The notes beneath the pieces were generated by a model, which saw nothing but the letters and a program-made list of their open reading frames with translations, was not told the DNA's origin and did no database searches. The position numbers and the translations under genes are program-made. A stretch of 64,000 nt of DNA from an uncultured Planctomycetota bacterium (lineage in GTDB: Bacteria > Planctomycetota > Planctomycetia > Isosphaerales > Isosphaeraceae): the NCBI GenBank assembly GCA_963737655.1, contig CAVTTN010000002.1, positions 3,904,001 to 3,968,000 on the forward strand, read 5' to 3'. Of the stretch, positions 58,802 through 64,000 are shown in pieces; position 1 is the first letter of the stretch, and each line of letters begins with the position of its first letter.

Positions 58802-59323
58802 TCAGCGCTCCAGGTCGAGGAGGAGACCGTCGATCGCCAGGCGGAGGAGCTTGAGGATGGTCCGTCCGGCGGGGACATCGCAGAGGCGAAGGGCCGGGAA
58901 GCTCCAGTCCAGGGGGGAATAGACCACGCCCCCGGACTCCCAGGGATACTCGCAATTCTCGGGTCGCCGACCGCCCCGACGGACGGCCGGGCTGAGGATC
59001 TCGATCTCCTCGGCGAGGTGGCGGACCAGTCGCAATACGTGCCGCATGGACCTCAGGTCGCGTCGCTCCGACTCCAATTGCTGGCGGATGATCATGGGAA
59101 GGGGATTCGTAATATAGCCGTGGCTCTCCTGGAGAGCGGCGGGGGGCGTGCCTGCCCGGATCAGTCGGGCCTTGCAGAGCTTCTCGCAGGCCATCTGGAG
59201 GAAGAGGAGCCGGTGACAATCGGCGGAGACGGCCTGGGGGAATCGTTCGAGAAGGTCCCAGGCCCTGAGGTCGGCATCGGCCTGGCGGGCGTAGGCCCGG
59301 GCCCAGTCTGTCGGTTCGCTGAT
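58802..59323 (-). CDS. HEPN-like domain protein (start codon uncertain)
   Basis: W...ARQADADL, LQMACEKLCKA, SH and EYPW resemble the HEPN pattern QQAxEKxLKA / TH / RYP. Confidence 0.6.
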   Translation of the reverse strand: MSEPTDWARAYARQADADLRAWDLLERFPQAVSADCHRLLFLQMACEKLCKARLIRAGTPPAALQESHGYITNPLPMIIRQQLESERRDLRSMRHVLRLVRHLAEEIEILSPAVRRGGRRPENCEYPWESGGVVYSPLDWSFPALRLCDVPAGRTILKLLRLAIDGLLLDLER

Positions 59324-59655
59324 GTCCCGACTTCGACCGGAGGGGGGATCAACGGGCCGATCTGCCATCCGTTGGGGAGCTTCAACACGTCGTCGAGGAC
59401 CTGCTGGTACTCCTCAGGCGTGATTTCCAGGATCACGACCGAGAACTGGCGGCCCGACGCCTTCGAGGGGCCGAACCAGACCGGCATGATGCCCGCCGCG
59501 ACCGTATTCTCGTGGACTTCGAGGAGCTTGACCGGCTCCTTCGGGTCCTCTTCCGCCTCCGGGGACGCGAGGAGCCGAAAGATGTGGGTCAGTCCGTCCT
59601 CGATCTCATAGTGCTTTCGGGCGAGCTCGGCCGCCTCCCTGTCCTTCATCTCCAT
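59161..59655 (-). CDS. Hypothetical protein, possibly a degenerate MNT-like partner; the natural stop may be at about 59320
   Basis: EPVKLLEVHENTVAAGIMPVWFG...SVVILEITPEEY..LKLPNGW; low-complexity tail beyond 59320. Confidence 0.65.
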   Translation of the reverse strand: MEMKDREAAELARKHYEIEDGLTHIFRLLASPEAEEDPKEPVKLLEVHENTVAAGIMPVWFGPSKASGRQFSVVILEITPEEYQQVLDDVLKLPNGWQIGPLIPPPVEVGTSANRQTGPGPTPARPMPTSGPGTFSNDSPRPSPPIVTGSSSSRWPARSSARPD

Positions 59656-59809
59656 CGCCGTACCTCGGGATCGGATCGCGGGGAACACTCCGGGTCCGGA
59701 AGCATTATCCCGGGATCGTTCGCGGAGACAAGGCGGTGAGAGGATCCGCGACGATGGCCACGAGGGGGCGGGACAGTCCCGCCCCTTCGTGGGGTTCGGC
59801 GCCCGAGGG

Positions 59810-60817
59810 TCACTTCTTCGCCTGGGCCTCGGCGAAGGCGGTGTCGAACAATCGGCCGGCGGAGGCGAAGCCCATCTTGGTCTTCACGAACAGCGAGGCC
59901 TCGGCCGCCCCGAACTCGCGGTCCATCCCGGGGTCTTCCCATTCGACCGAGAGCGGCCCGGTGTAGCCGATGGCGTTCAGGGCGCGGGCGATCTCCTCGA
60001 AATCGACCTGCCCTCGGCCCGGGGAACGGAAGTCCCAGCCTCGGCGGGCGTCGCCGAAGTTCAGGTGCGAGCCGAGGATGCCCGTCTTGCCGTCGAGCGT
60101 CTTCGCCGCGTCCTTCACGTGGACGTGGTAGATCCGGTCCGGGAAGTGGCGGATGAACGCCACCGGGTCGACGAACTGCCAGAGGAGGTGGCTGGGGTCG
60201 AAGTTGAACCCGAACTCGGGGCGTCCTCCCAGGGCCTTCAAGGCGGTCTCGGCGGAGTAGATGTCGAACGCAATCTCGGTCGGGTGGACTTCCAGGGCGA
60301 ACTTCACGCCTTCCTGCTTGAAGACGTCGAGGATCGGGTTCCATCGCTCGGCCAGGAGGTCGAACCCGGCCTGGATCATGGCGTCGGAGACCGGCGGGAA
60401 CGAGTAGAGGTACGGCCAGATCGACGAGCCGGTGAAGCCGTTGACGACCGTCACGCCCATCTTCGCGGCGGCCCGGGCGGTGTCCTTCATCTCCTGGACG
60501 GCCCAGGCGTTCTTCTCGGCGTGCTTGCCCCGGAGCTCGGCGGGCACCCAGTCATCGGTCCTCGCGTCGTTGACGTCCAGGACGAGCTGGCCGACGAGGT
60601 GGTTGGAGATCGCCCAGCACTTCAGCCCGTACTTGCCGAGGAGGGCCCTGCGCTCGTCGCAGTATCCCGGGTCCTTCAGGGCCTTCTGGACGTTGAAATG
60701 GTCGCCCCAGCAGGGCAGCTCGATGCCGTCGTAGCCCCACTGGCTGGCCTTCTGGCAGATGGTTTCGAGCGTCAGGTCGGCCCACTGGCCGGTAAAGAGC
60801 GTCACGGGACGGGCCAT
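59810..60817 (-). CDS. Sugar phosphate isomerase/epimerase (xylose isomerase-like TIM barrel)
   Basis: LFTGQWADL, ALEVHPTE, NFDPSH, HVHVKD and SVEWED. Confidence 0.88.
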   Translation of the reverse strand: MARPVTLFTGQWADLTLETICQKASQWGYDGIELPCWGDHFNVQKALKDPGYCDERRALLGKYGLKCWAISNHLVGQLVLDVNDARTDDWVPAELRGKHAEKNAWAVQEMKDTARAAAKMGVTVVNGFTGSSIWPYLYSFPPVSDAMIQAGFDLLAERWNPILDVFKQEGVKFALEVHPTEIAFDIYSAETALKALGGRPEFGFNFDPSHLLWQFVDPVAFIRHFPDRIYHVHVKDAAKTLDGKTGILGSHLNFGDARRGWDFRSPGRGQVDFEEIARALNAIGYTGPLSVEWEDPGMDREFGAAEASLFVKTKMGFASAGRLFDTAFAEAQAKK

Positions 60818-60887
60818 CGCGGTCTCCCCTCACGGGTCGGGCGTCGGTCTGGAATGGGCGAGGGTCTTGGAGGCGGGCGAGACGGCC

Positions 60888-60950
60888 AATTTAGGGGGGC
60901 GGGGCGGGGAAGTCAACGATTTGACGGCCGGGCCCGCCCTCTCCTATGAT
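60888..60950. promoter_or_regulatory. Back-to-back divergent sigma70 promoters
   Basis: Minus strand TTGACT-N17-TAAATT (60916-60888); plus strand TTGACG-N18-TATGAT (60921-60950). Confidence 0.65.
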
Positions 60951-60995
60951 GCGGACGCTGCCCGGGGTTTCGGTGGGGACTGGGAGCGACCGTCC

Positions 60996-61658
60996 ATGCC
61001 CGTCCGAGCCGTCCTCTTCGACTTCGACGGCGTGATCGCCGACACCGAGAACGTCCACGTCGCCGCCTGGCAGAGGGTCTTTGCCGAGATGGCCTGGGAC
61101 GTGGAGCCCGAGGTCTGTTCCCGGGCCGCCGAGGAAGATGACTCGGCTTTCTTCCGGTCGCTCCTGGCCGATCGCGAGATCGAGGGCGGCGACCTGACCG
61201 GCTGGATCGCGAAGAAACAGGCCCTGACCCGCGCCCTCCTGGGCGACTCGCCGAGGCTCTATCCCGGCGTCGCGGAGCTGGTCGGCCGCCTCTCGGGCCG
61301 GGCGGCGATGGCCGTGGTCTCCGGGACCTGGCGGGAGAACGTGGAGGTGGTCCTCGAACGATCGGGGTTGCTCGGCTCGTTCTCGGCCATCGTGGCGAAG
61401 GAAGACGTCTCCCGACCCAAGCCCGCACCCGACGCCTACCGCCGGGCCCTGGCCAGACTGAAGGTCGATCCGGCCGAGGCCGTGGCCCTGGAAGACTCGC
61501 CGAACGGCCTGGCCGCGGCGAAGGCCGCCGGGATTCGGGCCATCGCCGTGGGTCACCGACGCCCCCGGGCGGAGTGGTGCGAAGGCGTGCCGTTCGTGCC
61601 GAGCCTCGGCGAATGGAAGACCGCACTTGCGATGATTTCGGACCTGTCGGGTGCATGA
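60996..61658 (+). CDS. HAD-superfamily phosphatase
   Basis: FDFDGVIADT, VVSG, KPAPD and LEDSPNG. Confidence 0.9.
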   Translation: MPVRAVLFDFDGVIADTENVHVAAWQRVFAEMAWDVEPEVCSRAAEEDDSAFFRSLLADREIEGGDLTGWIAKKQALTRALLGDSPRLYPGVAELVGRLSGRAAMAVVSGTWRENVEVVLERSGLLGSFSAIVAKEDVSRPKPAPDAYRRALARLKVDPAEAVALEDSPNGLAAAKAAGIRAIAVGHRRPRAEWCEGVPFVPSLGEWKTALAMISDLSGA

Positions 61659-61803
61659 AATGCACCACGTCGGCGCGGGGGAAGACCGACAGCATTCTCC
61701 TTCTCGACCGGCCTCTTGCGGGGGACGGTGCGGTTGCGGGCTTTGCCCGCGCGGGCGGTGCATTTCATGCACCCTACATGACGGTGCATTTCATGCACCC
61801 TAC
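61646..61803. repeat. REPIN with three GTAG REP copies
   Basis: GTCGGGTGCATGAAATGCACC at 61646-61666; inverted copies at 61757-61777 and 61783-61803. Confidence 0.9.
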
Positions 61804-62750
61804 GGGTTTTCCCGTCTCCACTGGATGAATCGCTCGATGCCTTCGCGGAACGGCGTCCTGGGGCGATAGCCCAGCTCGGTCTCGGCCCGGGTGATGTCGG
61901 CGAAGGTCTGGCGGACGTCCCCGGGCTGCTCGGGTCGGCGGTCGATCCTCGGGCTCTTGCCCAGGGCCTCGCCCAGGGTGGCGATCATCGTTCGAAGCTC
62001 GATCGGATCGGAATTCCCGAGGTTGTAGAGGTGATGGCCCTTGCAATGCTCGATCGCCCGGACGATCCCATCGGCGATGTCTTCCACGAATGTGTAGTCG
62101 CGGCGGGTGGTGCCGTCGCCGAACATGGGGACGGGTTCGCCCCGGTCGATCAGGTCGGCGAATTTGGCGATCGCCAGGTCGGGGCGGTTCCTCGGGCCGA
62201 ACGCGGTGAAGAACCGGAGGCCCGAGACGGGGAGGCCGTGGAGGTGGTGGAAGGTGAAGGCGAACAGCTCGCACGCCTTCTTGGTCGCGGCGTACGGGCT
62301 GACGGGCAGGTCCACCGGGTCGGTCTCGCGGAACGGGGCGTCGGGGCGGTCTCCGTAGACGCTGGAGCTGGACGCATAGACGAACTTCGGCCGGGGATCG
62401 AGCCGGCAGGCCGCCTCCATCAGGCGGACCGTCCCGTTCACGTTCACGTCGGCATAGAGCGAGGGATCGTCGATGCTCGGGCGGACCCCGGCCCTCGCGG
62501 CCAGGTGGACGATCGCCTCGGGCCGGAACTCCTGAAACAGGCGGTGGACGGCCCGGACGTCGCGGATATCGCCCTCGACGAGCCGGAATCGCGGGTTCGT
62601 CCGGGCCCGGAGGAGGTTCGCCCTCTTGGTCGCCTCGGGATAGAACGGGTCGAAGTTATCGAGCACGAGGACCTGATCGCCGTCGGCCAGGAGCCGATCG
62701 ACGAGGTGGGAGCCGATGAAGCCCGCCCCTCCGGTCACCAGCGTCCGCAT
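61800..62750 (-). CDS. NAD-dependent nucleotide-sugar epimerase (UDP-glucuronate 4-epimerase-like)
   Basis: TGGAGFIGS, HLAARAGVRPS, ASSSSVYG, YAATK, LRFFT..GP and PGDV..T.ADI. Confidence 0.9.
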   Translation of the reverse strand: MRTLVTGGAGFIGSHLVDRLLADGDQVLVLDNFDPFYPEATKRANLLRARTNPRFRLVEGDIRDVRAVHRLFQEFRPEAIVHLAARAGVRPSIDDPSLYADVNVNGTVRLMEAACRLDPRPKFVYASSSSVYGDRPDAPFRETDPVDLPVSPYAATKKACELFAFTFHHLHGLPVSGLRFFTAFGPRNRPDLAIAKFADLIDRGEPVPMFGDGTTRRDYTFVEDIADGIVRAIEHCKGHHLYNLGNSDPIELRTMIATLGEALGKSPRIDRRPEQPGDVRQTFADITRAETELGYRPRTPFREGIERFIQWRRENP

Positions 62751-62792
62751 CGCCTACCTCCTTGCAGGACGAGGATCGTGGAACCCTTCCGG

Positions 62793-64000
62793 TTATTCGA
62801 GGATTTCCCAGTGGATGGCGGGGGAGTCGGCCTCGATCTCCAGGATCGAGCCTTCGGGGCTGGACTTGAGCTCGGCTTTGGGGCCTCGCTTGCCGGTCTC
62901 ATCGAGCGCGAAGGCGCGGAACGACCCCTTGCGCTTCAGGGTGATCCGGGCCCGGACCGGCTCGATCAGGATCGGCGGGCGGCCGGGGTTGGCGATCTGA
63001 CGTTTCCACTGGTCGGCGTAGGTCAGGCCGGTGGGCTCGGCCCGGGAGATGGCCGTGATCAGGAGCCTCCTGGCTCGGGCGATCGGCTCGGGGCCGACGG
63101 ACGAGACCATCACGACGGCATACGGGTTCTCGACGTCGATCGAGACGGCGTCGAGCGAGGCGGGCCTCTTGCCGGGCCATCCGGCGATCCCCTGGGTGAA
63201 CGGGGTGTCGATCAGGAGACGGCCGTGGGCGGAGTCCCAGGTCGATCCGCCCTTGCGCGAGCCGGAGGACTTCAGGGAATCGGCCGATCGGAGCAAAAGC
63301 GATGCCGCGTGAGGTAGCAGGGCGAAGACCTGGGGGTTGGCGTTGAGCGCCTCGGGCATGACGAACAGGTCCAGCGGCCCCGTCGTGCCCGGAGGGCCGG
63401 CGCCCCAGGGGTTGGGCGCGAGGAAGACGCCGCGACGGACCAGGCCGTCCCAATCCTCGACGGCGGCGGTCCTCGCGGCGACGAGCAGGTCGGCTCCCTC
63501 GAAGGGCGACGCCCAGGCACCCTCGGTGTGGTCGGCGAACTCCCCGGCGACGTATGGGCGGTCGGTCTTCCTCTTCTTCGCCGCCTCGACGGCGATCGAC
63601 GTGGTCTGCCTCCAGGCCATCGACCGCCGTTCCGGTGCGCCGAAGATCGGAGACATCCAGTAGAGGCGATCGTCGATCAGGTCGAGGCCGGCAGCCGCCT
63701 CGGCCTGATCGAATTCGGACTCCCTCCGCCAGTGGGAACATCCGGCGATCGGCGCCTTGAGGCCGCTCTTGCGGAGCGAGTCGGCGATCGATCGCCACTG
63801 GTTGGCCTCGATCCCGACCCAGGCCCTGCGGCCCGATCCCTGGCTACTCTTCTGGACGAACCCCTTGAGGATGGCGGCCTCCTCGGGGGGCAGGCTGTCG
63901 GGCGAGTCGATCAGGTCGAAGATCGAGGTCTCGCCCGCGAGGGTGACCCAGGCGAGGGCGGGGTCGTCCCTCAGGCAGAGGCCGGTTTCCGGGTTCACAT
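62793..64000 (-). CDS. Clan-A glycoside hydrolase-like protein (5' end outside the window)
   Basis: NPETGLCLRDDPALAWVTLAGE and YVAGEF supply candidate catalytic Glu residues. Confidence 0.5.
   Translation of the reverse strand, partial: VNPETGLCLRDDPALAWVTLAGETSIFDLIDSPDSLPPEEAAILKGFVQKSSQGSGRRAWVGIEANQWRSIADSLRKSGLKAPIAGCSHWRRESEFDQAEAAAGLDLIDDRLYWMSPIFGAPERRSMAWRQTTSIAVEAAKKRKTDRPYVAGEFADHTEGAWASPFEGADLLVAARTAAVEDWDGLVRRGVFLAPNPWGAGPPGTTGPLDLFVMPEALNANPQVFALLPHAASLLLRSADSLKSSGSRKGGSTWDSAHGRLLIDTPFTQGIAGWPGKRPASLDAVSIDVENPYAVVMVSSVGPEPIARARRLLITAISRAEPTGLTYADQWKRQIANPGRPPILIEPVRARITLKRKGSFRAFALDETGKRGPKAELKSSPEGSILEIEADSPAIHWEILE

Noticed and set aside
35555..61803. Recurring 21-bp palindromic repeat as a CRISPR array
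   Set aside because: Copies are dispersed or inverted, there are no 30-40 nt unique spacers, and no cas genes; it fits a REP.

Overview
A GC-rich bacterial chromosomal segment, almost certainly from Planctomycetota (Isosphaeraceae-like). The evidence is DUF1501, PPC-domain and planctomycete cytochrome c/WD40 genes, DUF1570 and an ECF with a C-terminal extension. Most genes are core or housekeeping (rpsR, pilT, gspE-like, hisF, dinG, thiS-thiG, ruvC, cysS, ispF, csrA, rpsU, purB, gdhA, cobT, pduO-type adenosyltransferase, ispH), mixed with lineage-specific hypotheticals. At least eight 1-2 nt frameshifts, including in cysS and hisF, look like long-read indel errors. The non-coding DNA holds six families of palindromic or tandem repeats. 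One intact IS4-family element (13-bp TIRs, 12-bp target duplication) sits inside a GTAG-type REP. The best candidates for undescribed biology are: a possible Csr circuit (sigma54-type promoter and GGA-loop leader on csrA, plus a GGA-rich intergenic sRNA candidate after rpsU); an unannotated 46-aa basic protein with its own promoter, divergent from rpsR; a sigma factor carrying a planctomycete export-like N-terminal motif; a three-gene HEPN module whose coupling site reads ATCA instead of ATGA; a structured leader RNA upstream of an ArsR gene; and a nucleotidyltransferase-HD fusion. All family calls come from motif recognition by eye; no searches were run. I saw no rRNA, tRNA or CRISPR array.
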